From the NCBI RefSeq assembly GCF_032062105.1, contig NW_026928590.1, positions 124,001-188,000 of the forward strand: a DNA stretch of 64,000 nt, given 5' to 3'. This DNA comes from Saccostrea cucullata. Its lineage: Eukaryota. The position numbers and the translations under genes were made by a program. The notes beneath the pieces are model-generated. The model had not been told where the DNA came from. It was given only the letters and a program-made list of their open reading frames with translations, and did not search any database. The stretch's first letter is position 1. Every line of letters begins with the position of its first letter. This document shows, in pieces, positions 50,973 through 64,000 of this stretch.

Positions 50973-51069
50973 ACTTAAAACATATGATAAATTTCAGAAA
51001 TACCAAATTCCGCAATCATAGCGCTGAATGCTGTAACGTCAACACCGTTTATTTTCAGACTAGAGATGG
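50973..51069 (+). pseudogene. Cassette D spacer exon, frameshifted
   Basis: Homologous to the 105-nt spacer exons but 97 nt long (1-nt insertion plus 9-nt deletion). Confidence 0.65.
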
Positions 51070-51427
51070 GTTTGAAAATTAAAATCAATTTTTACTAACC
51101 ATGTTTTATAATGCAAATAAAATGCCGATATTAACCTTTTCTTCAGTTTTGTGTTATTTTTAATATTTAAAAAATAAGGTATCATTTTAAAACATCTATC
51201 AAGATTTAAATACGGGTTTGTCACGAGATTAAATTCATAAAGCCAGAAGGGCTTTATGATGTATTTGATCTCGTACCAACCCGTATTTATAGACCGATAG
51301 ATGTTTTAATATGACATTGAAAACATTGAAATCAATCATTATATTATGTCTTTTAATATAATGGAAGCTGTTGTCAATGTAAGATGTGATTGTCGACAAG
51401 GAAACTGGAGGAAAGTACGACAACGTG

Positions 51428-51771
51428 AACAACAATACATTAACAAAGATATCAATGTCAGCTGCGGAGAAAAAACGGCAAAGAAAACAATAGAAAACCA
51501 TTTTTTCAAAAACAAAAGCTTGAAATTTAAGCAAAGTAAAGGAAATCTTTCAAACAAAACATCTTTAATAAAAGAATTAACGACAATAAACAAAAATACC
51601 AACAAATTTTCAGAGTAATACGTACAGCTGCTCAACCAACAGCATCAAAAGAAATTTTGAATGAAATGCTGAGTTCTGCACGAACAACTTTGCACAGTTG
51701 ACCGCAATTAATACCCTCAACAGCGGCGATAGAGGGAACCTCAGAAACAGGACCTGTTACAATAACTACTG
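51428..51771 (+). pseudogene. Degenerate second mucin exon downstream of D
   Basis: Homologous to 17119-17453; ends GTSETGPVTITTG|gtaag. Confidence 0.6.

Positions 51772-51774
<3 letters not shown>

Positions 51775-51804
<30 letters not shown>
51775..51804. repeat. (AG)n microsatellite
   Basis: Directly visible; it expanded just after the relic donor. Confidence 0.9.
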
Positions 51805-51805
<1 letters not shown>

Positions 51806-54800
51806 AGAAGCAAAACAAACTAATTGCACAATCTCAATTGATCAAATCTTTAGATAATTTATAAAATGTATTCCTAGACGATATGTTCGGTTCCATCCAT
51901 TTCAACTATACCATAGTGTTCACAACAGGTGTGTACGGTCAACAGAGGGCGCTTACCCGTGGACGCCGGGTACCACCTTTGAAATTTCTAGGATTTTGTG
52001 ATTATGTCCTTTCACAGATATGTTTTGTTTGTGATTTATACTGCAATTTTTTTTATTAAGTTTCATCGTATCACGTACCTTTGTCAAAAACTAGACTTCT
52101 TTAATTATGTTTAAAAATATCACTAAGAACGTATTTGAATAGATATCAGATAATTCAGGCTATAATTTTATTGCAGATTAATTATTAAGAAAAATTAATT
52201 CTAATTAATTTGAGGCATATGGGTGTAAAAATAATTTGGAGAAAAATATTTTTTGGATGTATAAAGCAAGAACATATACTTGAACTCCTTAATTTCATAG
52301 ATTTCAGGGTAAAGTCAAAAGTATCTTAATTTAGAAGCGTAAAAGGTGCAGATGACAACATTGATCAATCTGATAAACCAAGTTTAAAATTCGAATCATT
52401 AATAGGACAAAACAGAGACCCCTGAAAATTAGGGGTTGTTTCAGCTTTGTTTTTGGAAATCGTACCGAAAATAAACATCCATCCCTGATACAGATTGTTA
52501 CGATAGTAACTGCTTCATGGAAAAAAATATAGATATATTTTGCAAATTGCAGCAAATTAATGTAACTCAACTCTATTTTCGTTGCATTTTTTCCTTGTAA
52601 ACAATGATATACATGCTAAATCATGTACAATGATAAACATTCTGGAAATGAAATTTTGTTAAAAAATAAGGAAAGGTTATTTTCCAAGAGGAAATACTCA
52701 AGCTTGGAAATGTTTCACACAATATTGAAGTCGCTTACCTGGTGCAGTGGTAAAAGCATTTGCAATAGAGTCACGAAATATGGTTAAAATCCCACAGCAG
52801 ACCGGTCCTTCTAATAAGATCGTAAAAACTGAAATCCTGTATCACAGAAGTACCCGTAGCCGACACACAAGATTCCTCGCTTCTCATTGGTATACCGAGT
52901 ACCGACTATAGGTGTAAAATATGAAACCTTCAACCGGCAAGTAATGCAGGACATGTTACAATGCACTTTGAAAATTTACGCACTTTAAATTTGCGTTAAA
53001 TTTAGGAACACGTTAAGCCACTTTGAAAAAAATATTCTTTTCAACGAGCATAAATATCGACCATTAAAACTAATTTAAACTAATTATGGAAAAAAATGAG
53101 TATGAATATTTTTTGCAAATTTTAGGTATATCCCTAAATATGATATATAAAGCTGGTTGGATAAATTTTGGATGATGAGGTCACTTCATGATCTGATATA
53201 GAATTTTTAAGTATTTAAGGTCCTCTTAGATTTTATAAAAGTTTTTCTTCTGTGTTATGAGTTCGGTAGATGAAAATTTAGGGGGCTATACGTGATCGAC
53301 TAATAGCATCGCTTTTTTCTTAAGAAAAAGGGGTCAAATCCCATCTGACATTTTTTCTCCCATGGGAAAATGGTGATATAGTTGGTGGGACTGAAAACCC
53401 ACTATTCTCCCATGGGATTCTGAGTTTTAGGACTTCATATCTTTAGAAGTGGAGATGTCTGACTAAACCTGGAGGGAGAGTGGTCTCTGGCCAGTAAATC
53501 ACGACAAATTTTTGATAATGTGTTTGTCAAAGCAACAATTCCTTTCAATGAATGTATTCATTGCCAAATTTTCTCGTTTTACAGTATTCATTGCAAATAA
53601 ATTAATTAGAGTTGTATCACGTTATTTGATTTTATCAATTTCGTATACCATAAGTTGCCGACGTCACAATGATTTACGTCAAAATTGTATTACTCCGCTT
53701 GACGTTACTTTAGAAATTTGCTTAATTTGAAGAATTTTTCTGGAGGGAAAAATGGTTTATTGCCTACACTGAAATTACATTATAAGGAAAGAAGCTTATT
53801 TCAACTTATGTTTACGCTTTTTTGTAAACCGCTTCGCGATTTATAAAGCGTTAACTGTCCCAAGTTATGTTATATCGGATACCATAAGTTGAAATAAGCT
53901 TCATTCCATAAATGAAATGACCAGGTTAATATTAAATATGACGATGTGTACATGTACATTGATTATTTCAACTATTTAGTTGCTAAAGCACAGATATTTT
54001 TTATATGAATTAATTTAATTTGAGAATAAACATCACATTCATGATCAATTTGCTAGATTTGAGAATATAAATAAACTGTATATATCTCCGAGTAAGAATC
54101 AGAAATAGAAACGATAAAAAATAATTGATATAATGCATCAGCTGGCGTACAGTAATTGATCTAACTAAGTATACTGCTTCACAAGATTTTTAAAAGTATT
54201 GGTTAGGACTTACTGTTACCTTCTTCTAAGTATATATTTAAAAAACATTTTTAAAAAAATAATCTCATGACAGCGAAGTCCTAAGTTATTACATATATCT
54301 TTTTAAGTAAGATTCTCACATTGCTTAAGTGGATCGTGATCAAATATCAAGGAAGTCAATGGAATTCCCTTTCATCCTTTATTGTTTTCACTTTTATTCC
54401 CATGCCTTTGTTTCAAAATTCAAAGTTACAAGAAACGTGGGAAATTGATTAGAAAATTCTGCTGATTTATATTTAATGTATGAAATATTTAAATTATAAG
54501 GAAATTCATACGACCATGTGTTAATTGTAAAACCTCTTGTTTAGATGCAGAAGGGCGGGTATAAGTAAGTAAAGTAAGTAAATCGTTTATTATAGTGACA
54601 TGTGTTATACAGTACAATGAGAAACATTTAATACAATTAACAGCTTAACACCCGCCCCATCAGACCCATATGTCACTTTTAATAAAAATAAATGAAAAAA
54701 AAATATACACAGAATATGTTTTGAAATCTACGTAATTTTGGTAATTGGTTTTATCTTTACTAGCCACTCACTCACATTTTAAAAATAATCTTTGTTCAAA

Positions 54801-55415
54801 TTCAAACTCAAACAGTAATAACCCATGATAAATATGGGTATGTGGGAAGACAATTATCAAAGTCTATAAACGTGAGGTTACGAATATAAAATTCTCAAGT
54901 GTGTTCGTCTGAGCCTTATAAATGAAAAAAAAGAAATAAAAACAAGATTTTTCTCCAGACAGTCAATCATATAACATATAATTCCATTAAGAATGAAGTC
55001 ATAAAATCATGTCCCTGCCTAATACATGATAATGATAGCAATAGGAGGAGTTGTTGATAATTCGAGGGGTTGAGGATAAGAGTTGGTCACCTCAAGGCGT
55101 AACGGACTGATGTACAGCTAGACGAAGGGAAGGACCGAAACCATAATCACTACACTATAAACCCTCTTTTTTAAGCAGGGGGATTGAACAAAGCGAAACT
55201 GTTTGATTTATATATATGTGAACAGATGTTTTAAAGTAACCACTTTTCCTATTTAGTAATGTGTATGCCAATACATTGGACAAATTGTATACTTGTCCAA
55301 TGTGACACATCTTCAACGCAATTAAATCTTGACCTCAGATATTAAAATCAATTCTACCTTCAATTTAATGTCCGTACTTTTTACCAATTAAATTATTTAT
55401 TTCCCCCTTTACGGA

Positions 55416-55423
55416 TATAAATA
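55416..55423 (+). promoter_or_regulatory. TATA box of cassette E
   Basis: TATAAATA 106 nt upstream of the ATG. Confidence 0.5.
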
Positions 55424-55521
55424 GATTCTGATCATACATTTTATTGATATTTCAAGTTGTGATTTGTACATTTTAAAAGAGACTAGATAAATAATTATTC
55501 AAAATCCTATTAGAAGAAAAC

Positions 55522-58500
55522 ATGTACGCTGAAAATTTATTTCATAAGTCAGTAGTCTTTACATTTTGGTTCAGTAAGTATCAAAATACTTATGTATTTT
55601 TCATACGATTTTTCAATTTTATATTTTTTTTTAAATAAAAGCATCAATTTGGATGAGGTATAATTATTAGTTTGCATTTCAATGCAAAATTATTATATTC
55701 TTATTCTACAAATGTTGATTGGACGTTAGAATTATAGACTGCCTAATTTAAAAAAATGATAATCCGAGTTTGCAAATAGTCTTCAGAATTATTTGTGCTA
55801 AAACATTTTTTACTGAAAGATCAAATCATGCATTTTGATCAGTTTTATATAATTATGATTTTAGACACGTGTTTCGGTGTTCACATCATATCCAAGGAAA
55901 TAAATCTCCCTTTATCTGAGGAGATAATGATAGAATCTCCGGGATATCCATGGAGAAACTATGAAAGGAACACAACTTATAAGTGGATAGTGACAGCACC
56001 TGAATTAACAGAGGAAATAAATATCAGGATAGAAATGGATGTTCACGAAGCACTAGGATTCCCGTGTTATGACTATTTAAAGGTTTAAGTATTGCCTATA
56101 ATATACAGGAAGGTATATATTACAAATAATGAAGAAATACGTGTAAAGTATATACTTGGCCCAATATTTCTAAAAGGTTCAGAACTTAATAACTCTGTGT
56201 TGCAAAGAACTAACGTCGTTATGACGAATTCAAAATTTGCTAGTACGTATTTAACTGGTTTTAACTGGTTTTAATTCTAAAACTTCTTATAACGAATTGA
56301 ATTCGTTTAAACTAGTTCTTTAATTTGTTATATAACGAATTAAATTCGTTAAAACGAATTCGACAAATCGTTATATGGAATTCATATATAGGCCCTGATT
56401 GTTGAATTTGTATAAACGATTTTTATTCGTTGAATTAGAAATTTGTGATAACAAATTTAAGAAATTGTTATATTGATTTCAATCTGTTATAACAAATATT
56501 AGAATTTGTTACAACGAATTCAACAGATTTGTTATGACAGATTAAAATCGTTATAACGAATTCAAAGAAATTGTTATAACGAATTAAATTCGTTTTTTTT
56601 TTTTATAAATTCGACAATTCGTGATATCAAATTTGAAATATTTTTTCATAGGTCCTAAATGGGCTTCCGTAATATTTGGGGGAAAATGAACCAGAGGTAA
56701 AATAAGAATAATCATTGACTTTAAGGATATACGATCCTCAGCCAGGAAGGATAACTCCTAAATTTATAATTTAATTCAAAAAGTCTTGAAATAAAGCTTG
56801 AAATTGAAATTTTTTCATGCAGCAATTTTCATTTTATGCCTCTACGTATGATTCAATGCTCTTTAAAGTTTTAACAAACGGTATAAAAAAATTGACTTTT
56901 GTACCTCATAACATTAAATAAAACTTGCATATTTTAAAGAAATCAAATTTCTTTTAATTTAGCCTTAGTTACCAATGTTTATAAGCATGATTTGAAATTA
57001 AAAGTGATTTACGGTGTTTTCTTTGAAAGGAAACACTTCCTACACAATGCATTATGAAACGATGGAAGTAAGAAGGAGAAAGTAAAGTACTAAATAAGTG
57101 TAAAATTCATGCAATTTTCTTTAAAAGCCTGGATACCTATGATTTTTATTCCTAAAATGTATTTCTTGATCAATTATCAATTAAAAAATATGCAGTAGGT
57201 AGTTCAAATCGCATTTCCTGAAAAAAATATTTGAGATTTACTAATTTTCCCTATATAATATGATTAAATTTAAAGATGAAGTTTAGAGAAACACCGTGGG
57301 TAAATACATTTTAATTTGAGAATTTAGAGACGTTTTTGTGAGCATTTTTAATTACTTAATGCCTGATTTTCGGAACCTGAGGATCGGATAACCTTAAGGC
57401 AAACAAATATATATTTGCATTTTTTTTAATTATTATTTTTTTTTTGGGGGGGGGGGGGGGTCCCTAAATTTTTCTCTTATGTTTATATTTAAAATTAAAG
57501 AGATAAACAAATTAAATAGATACAGGAAATAAGTGGCGACAACTTCACACTCTTTACAAAATGTGGGAAACAAACAACAAGTAGAATAGCATTTGGGAAG
57601 AAACTAATGATATCACTCTACTCCAACGATGTCGTACTTACAGCTAAAGGTTTCCGACTAAGCCTCGAAGGTAAGTTTTTTAAATGTTGTAAACTTCTAT
57701 ATATTTAATAGGACTGCATCTCAATCTGACATCTTTTAGAAAATATTATTACCTAATCAAGTGAATTTTGTTGTTTTATTAGAGATTTAATATTTTCATC
57801 TATTCTGGATGTGTTTTCAGTTTTCCTTATCTTATCAAACCGATCTATTGACCGGTCAAAAGAATGCGCGTTCTATTGACCGGTCGGTCAATAGAATGCG
57901 CGTTCTATTGACCGGTGACGTATTTCGTCAAAAACGATCCGGGTTTCGAATTTAGTTGTTTGTAACACTGCACAGACATGATAAACAATCATCTTATTCG
58001 ATCTTTCTGCATTGGCTTTAAAAATTGTGTGATTTCAATGGTCGGATAATTTAAATGAGAGTTACTTTTAATTAATACACTGTGGGGTGTGGAGACTGGT
58101 CCTTCGGGTGAGATCTATCAACCGAGGTCCCGTGTAGCAGTAGGTGCTCTGCTGGCACGAAAAAGGTCCCTCTCCACCGGGAAGTGGTGGCGTCTCCATA
58201 AGAGTGAAAAATTTTCGACAGGAATGTAAACAATAGTCTATACAATCAATCTTTAATTAATATTACAGATGCACCATATCTAGGTAAAAATTATCAATAT
58301 GGTATGGGAACCTTATGTACTGAATATACAATTGTGAACACTTAATACGGAAAATAAAATTAGGTAATAAAACAATTATTTAATGCCTGAACAGTCAATA
58401 GACCAGAAAATTTTTCCCTCGGTGCAGGGAACAGCTCAGTGTGTTCTATTGCCCTCGGCTCTGGCCTCTGGCAATAGAACACACTGAGTTGTTCCCTGTA

Positions 58501-61500
58501 CCTCGGGAAAAATATTCTGGTCTATTGACTGCTCAGGCATTAAATAATTGTATATTGCTGCATGCCTTTTAAATATCAAAATCACTACCAATACATATCT
58601 TATTTAACAGATGATTCATTTTCTTATTTTAAAAGTAACATACTAAAAGTATTAACGTTTAAAACAGAATCAAATATTAATAAGAGAAAAAAAAACTGAA
58701 AATGTAAATTCATGACATGAAAGATACTTTTTAAAGAAAATTTAGCAAAATAATTGTTGTCGTAGTCTGATCATGAACATCAGAATGATTACATAAAGAT
58801 CAAATTGTCATTTTTAGAGCAATTTAAATCCGTAGAATATGGAAAGAAGGAGTATTCTTATTTTAGTATATTTTTGACTAGTCATATAAGCTGTAAAACA
58901 GAAACAATTGATTCTGCAGTCAGATTGGCTTTTTAATGCTCCATGACAAGTCATTCATACTTTTTTTCAGACTATTCAGCTTGTACAATGGTAACTAGTT
59001 TCAAATAATGTTGGAGTGTTTAAAATTTTAAAAAACGTGTCTTTAGTGTGCAATTTGTTAATATCTGATCTCTTTACAATTTTACATTGGGTTTTGTGTT
59101 TCCATTGCTTTTAATTATTCTTATATAACATGAAAAGCAATCCGTGAAATTTTATTTTTCACAGTATTAAAGATTTCAACGAGATCAACAATTAAGAAAA
59201 CTGTGGCGGCAACTACGTATACATCACCAATGTCGAGGATATTAACATCTGTAGAGACTAAAACAACAACAACAACACCATTGAAAACTATAAGTACGCA
59301 GCTAATAATGCCACAAACGTGTGAATTTTTTAACAAATATAGATACGTGTTATCAACCACATGTTTAAGTATGATTCACACAACGTACACTGTACCTTAA
59401 ACGTGTGGTTGGATTGCACGTAAATGTGTTTCATATGCTTCAAGTACGTTTTGCATAAACAATATGTTACCTACGTTAATGAACAGCATTGGGTAACGCG
59501 TGCGTTACATATAACAAACACACATTACAAGCATGTTGTAAAACGTATGATATATGGTATGGAATAATCGTATACATTACACGTATGTGAATAAAAAGAA
59601 ATGTGTTCTAACAACCACACTTTTCATAATGGCTTATATGTGTAAAAAGGTGTGTTTGTGAAGTATATTTCTTATGTTAATGGTACTTAAACATATATTT
59701 ACAATAAATGTAGGCAAACCCTAATTGAATGTAATGGCCTGTTTACCAAATACCTCCTCCCCAAGGAAAAAAAACACATTAACTATAATGTTTATAGTGT
59801 ATAATTAAGGTCTTCCGTCTTCACGGAAGACCTTATAGTGATTCTATTGTTTCTTATTATTATTCTTATTTTTTTGACTTTCTAATTTTGTGCACGCGAT
59901 TTCTCAAAGACTACTGCCTGAAATTACATGAAATTTTCAGAACTAATGTGCTGTAACATGAATTTATTATATCCGAGAGATTTTTTGGAAAGTCACTCCC
60001 GGTGCCAAGTTATGGACAATTTCCTGAAATTAAAATGACATTTTGTCCACGATATAACTTTAAAACGGTAAGAGATATCAAAGTGAAACTTTCAGGGATT
60101 ATAGATCGTGATAGATGCTAGCCAGGACGCAACCTTTCGTTCGTCGTCAATACTTCCCGTCGTTGGGATATGCAAATTGAAAAAAACGTATTTTCTAACT
60201 TTTTTGTTTTCCAATATTTTTCATTCATTTTGGGAATATTAATAGTGACTCTTCTATAGATGCTTACTATATAATTTGTTTGAACATTGGTTAATCTGAA
60301 CTTTAGATATTTATATTTGAAAATCTGAAGCGGGCCCAAGATGGCGGCTGTCTCTGTCAAGTCCGCCATTTCGCGAGTAGGGGCTTATGGAGTCAGTTGA
60401 GCGTTTGACTAAATGATACATGGAAAGTAAAAAAACTACGTGGACTTTCACCTATTAGTACGCTGCAATTCAGTGACAATCTTAAAACTTAAATTCCGTT
60501 TACTGCTTTAGTGTAATTGGGCTAGATACGTGTGTGCAATGTGTCTTTACTTTCTTAACGTCGAAATAAAATAAAGGCGATAAGAAGTTGTTTGATTTAA
60601 TATTTAATTTCATTGAAGCTATCACACCAATTTGATAGATCAGTCCAAAGGATAGGCAGGAATATTTACTCGTGGTGTTTGTTGCCAGATCATGAATAGT
60701 GGCCCGCCTTTTTATGATTCTTAGACAGGTGTACTGTTGCAGGCGTACTGTATACATAACTATATTTAGAGCAGTATTTAAAGTTTATTCGTTTTTCACA
60801 AAAGTTACCACTGTGTTTCCCGTGCACACTTGAGTCATATTAAAGTAATACAAAAGACAGAAATAAGAAAACCTTTTTTAAATAAGATCGTCTAATGGAG
60901 TTTATATTAACATTCTTTTCTCAAAGATATTTAAAGTTGAACATTGAACATAAATGAAATCTGATTCCTTGACCGTCGAAGGGCGAGACATGTTTTTCAT
61001 CGAACCATTTCTACCTTTTCATGAAGGTGTAAAGAATCGGGTTAGTTCACTTTGGGGATAAACGGATAATTAAGAAAAATTAAAAATGATTACCATTTCA
61101 CTTCTTTTGTGTTGCTTACCTATATAAGATATAGAATATGTACAATCTGTTAAAAATATTTTCTAAACCTCAAAATTTAGGCTTAAAGAACGTTTTTTTT
61201 CTTTATTCTATTGAAGCTATCACATCTATTTAATGAAACATTCAAAAGAAAAGGCGCGCAGATTAACTTGTGGCGTTTGGCGCGAAATTATAAATTTCTG
61301 TCTGAGTGTTTCCATCATAGCAGCTGTTTAGTTTTTAAGACACTCAATTTTCTATGTTTACTGCCCAAAAAGTTTGCCCTCTCTCGATAAGAAACATTCC
61401 AAAGAAAAGGCGCGCAGATTAACTTGTGGCGTTTGGCGCAAAATAATAAAGAGTGGCGTGCTTTTCGTGATTCTTAGACAGGTGTATTGTTGAAGAAGTA

Positions 61501-63095
61501 TATTCAAGTACATTTGGAGCAGTGGACTCAAACGCGTGATGTGAGCGTGTTGGGAATAAAGAGGAAAAAAGCGCGTCGGATTTTCACGTTGTCGACCTGG
61601 GTTCAATTTTTTATCACTTTTTCAGCTCGATTTTAGGTTCTTTTCCTGAAACGGACGGAAGACCTCTCGTTGCTCGCAACGAGATCGTTTCTAGTTACCT
61701 TTATGCTTTTACTGATTCAGGCGATTTAGGTTTTTTTTTTTTGTTTTTTTTTTTTTGTTTTTTTTTTTTTTGTTTTTTTTTTGTTTTTGCTGGAGGGCAG
61801 TTATCAAGCCAATTGCTTGTTGCATGTGCATTCACCTTAATAAAAGGTATCAAAATTGTAATAAAAAATGCATGTGTAATATGGTACCACTGAAAGGCAA
61901 AAGCATCAATCCTTCTTAGGATACCCTCAACTAAAAGTATGCTGATTATTTCTTTAATTTCTTTTTTAACTCCGACATCGGAGAAAATCTAATTGATTTT
62001 CCTCGAAGCTATAACTGTCTTGGAAAAACTATTGTATATAAAGACAAAATATTATCAACTTTCGTAAAATTTGACATTTTCTGCTTTCATGTTGGCATGC
62101 TTTTTACATTTCCGAAATAGTGAGTAACAACCATAAATTGACTGGATGCTAAAAATGGACTTCCAATAAAGTAACCAATCAGAATTGTTAACTTATTTGT
62201 ACATTATAATTTTTGTTCACTCGCATTGACGATCGGCGGGAAATTTGAAAATGAATCAATAAAGGGGATTTTTACTTTTATTTGAGCTTTGTTAAAACTG
62301 CATTCGTCACTTCCGTAAAATTTTATTCATTGGACATCATCTTCCATTTCACCCATGTTTTCAATATGTGAATTAATGTTAAAAACATATTTTTTTAACA
62401 AGGCATTGTTTTACATAGGTACGTGAAGGTATAGGAAACATACATTTTGATCACATGAACAGTGTATTTCATGAACAAATCACATGCATACATTTCGCGA
62501 AACAAATTAACATCATACGGAAATCACATGAATAAAAAAAATGTTTAACGGGTGTGCATGTAATATAATTATGTTAGTCAACACGTATGTTAAAATGTAT
62601 GAGTCACGCATGACATTAATTCATCTGTGTTAAAACGTATCTTTAACATACATGGTAATTAAATTATGTTTAATGTACTTGTGCATACGCTTGACGTATG
62701 TGACACGTAAGTGGCACATTTTGCTGTGTACATGCTGTTCATTTTAACAACAGAATCGAAGATTTCAACAAGATCAACAAAAACTATGACTTTGGCATCA
62801 ACTACGACTCCATTATCAAATATATTAACGACACTGGATTTATTTACTCATAAAACCAAACCTGGAATTAAAACAACAATTCCAAAAAGAATTTCAACAA
62901 AATCACCAATATCAACAACAGTTACAGGAAAAACAAAAATGTCAACAAAATTTCCGAATTTGATAGCCAGTCAACAAACAACATCAAAAGAGATTATGAG
63001 TGAAGTTTTGAATTCTGCTAAAGCAACATTGCCACAACTGCCTTCAACAGAGATTTCTAGATCCTCAAAAAAGACACGTGTTGTTATAACTACTG
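55522..63095 (+). CDS. Cassette E (3' incomplete): leader - CUB - mucin stalk; join(55522..55573,55865..56082,57520..57670,[59165..59293],62754..63095)
   Basis: Exon sizes 52/218/151, open frames, GT-AG sites. Leader MYAENLFHKSVVFTFWF; IESPGYPWRNYERNTTYKWIVTAP...CYDYLK / TKCGKQ...YSNDVVLTAKGFRL. A partial duplicate of the mucin exon lies at 59165-59293. Confidence 0.75.
56270..56640. repeat. Degenerate short tandem repeats (TTCGTTATAACGAATT-like) inside a probable MITE
   Basis: Repeated palindromic AATTCGTTATAACGAATT units. Confidence 0.6.
56725..57393. mobile_element. Kolobok-like MITE, TTAA TSD
   Basis: TTAA|GGATATACGATCCTCAG ... CTGAGGATCGGATAACC|TTAA. Confidence 0.75.
58372..58551. repeat. 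180-bp near-perfect palindrome, part of a non-autonomous element (~57740-58551)
   Basis: ACAATTATTTAATGCCTGA...GTGTTCTATTGCC / GGCAATAGAACAC...TCAGGCATTAAATAATTGT. Confidence 0.8.
59297..62728. mobile_element. Non-autonomous TIR element (CAC-type termini, TA TSD) filling the intron between the two mucin exons of E
   Basis: The left end GTA|CGCAGCTAATAATGCCACAAACGTGTGA matches the reverse complement of the right end GTA|CACAGCAAAATGTGCCACTTACGTGTCA at 23 of 31 positions; CACGTG-rich subterminal regions. Confidence 0.6.
59805..61696 (+). mobile_element. Helentron-type element (AAGGTCTTCCG family) nested in the TIR element
   Basis: Same termini as 40599-41562. Confidence 0.75.
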
Positions 63096-64000
63096 GTAAG
63101 TATAAAACAGACATGACACAAAATTAATTTTAAAAAAGTAATGTTACAATCCTAAATTAATTTGATTAAATGCTATAAATACATGAAGGATTTTTAAAAC
63201 TGTATGAGTTATTTACAAACAAGTTAAAGAAAGAAGAAAATCAGAAGTGTCGTTTTAAGTCATCATTTTGTAAGTTCTAAAATGGATACAATGACCATAT
63301 CAGCAAATACAATCTATCATGAAATCAAATGCCGACTGATGTTTTTCAAACTCATTGTTAAGCCACTGAATTTTCGACGGATCCCCTTTATTTCCCGATC
63401 ATGACAAGGGGCACACGTCTGGTTTGAACGTTCGACAGAGTATTCTCACATACCATGGTACCTGATCCCACATCTGAACCCAAGTTTTAGAGCTCTGCTC
63501 CATACGTTGTATTGTTTAATGAGCTTAGGGGTTGAGTACTGTTCGTTATCTCCATATATTTCATGTACAGTATATCTTAATTTATGATGAAATTCCGTAA
63601 ACTGTTATGATATAGAGGTAAAGAATAAAATGCACATTAATATTTATGGTACAATTTTGAATTCTTTATTTACAAAATTAAGTGAGATTCTAACATCTTT
63701 TTAAAAAGATAAAGAGTTTTAAATTTATTAATAAGCATATGTTTGATAAAATAACAGATTTTTTTTATATTTACAGTGGCTGCAACGTTATTGTTGACAA
63801 ACCAATCGTGTAGAATCGTTTGTGTAACGTGCGAGATCGTGCGTGTGTCAGATTCAATCGTTTGCGTTTTTAATCGTGCGAGATCGTGCCTTTAGAATCG
63901 TGTAAATTTCGTTTTGTAAGTTTTTATCGGAATGTTATTTGTAAAATAAGCATTTCTCTTGTTTTTTTGTTAATTTATTGATTTAAATCCAAATAAAATG

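Noticed and set aside
51346-51618. 90-aa ORF as a gene
   Set aside because: It is a chimeric reading across the exon-like relic and the out-of-frame dead mucin exon.

Overview
AT-rich, intron-containing animal DNA, most likely from a bivalve (oyster-like, judged from the 166-bp satellite-bearing Helentron-type elements, tRNA-derived SINEs and Penelope, DIRS and Kolobok relics). Most ORFs in the supplied track are noise. Manual splicing reveals a + strand tandem array of at least five paralogous cassettes (A partial, B, C, D, E partial). Each complete cassette has its own TATA box, signal-peptide exon, two-exon CUB domain and Thr/Ser/Lys-rich mucin-like stalk exon, and usually a 105-nt spacer exon. 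Only cassette C (22293-28943, about 479 aa) continues into a transmembrane exon, whose helix carries a buried Glu, and a cytoplasmic exon with an ITAM-like YATI-x9-YKDL pair plus an ITIM-like SFYTRL. A second spacer+TM+tail module with no ectodomain (36.8-37.8 kb) follows, with altered tyrosine motifs. Cassettes A, B and D have no local TM exon. I read the locus as a diversifying CUB-mucin immunoreceptor-like family with possible decoys, alternative tails or shared constant exons. The function is inferred, not demonstrated. The rest is transposon debris and local duplications or inversions.
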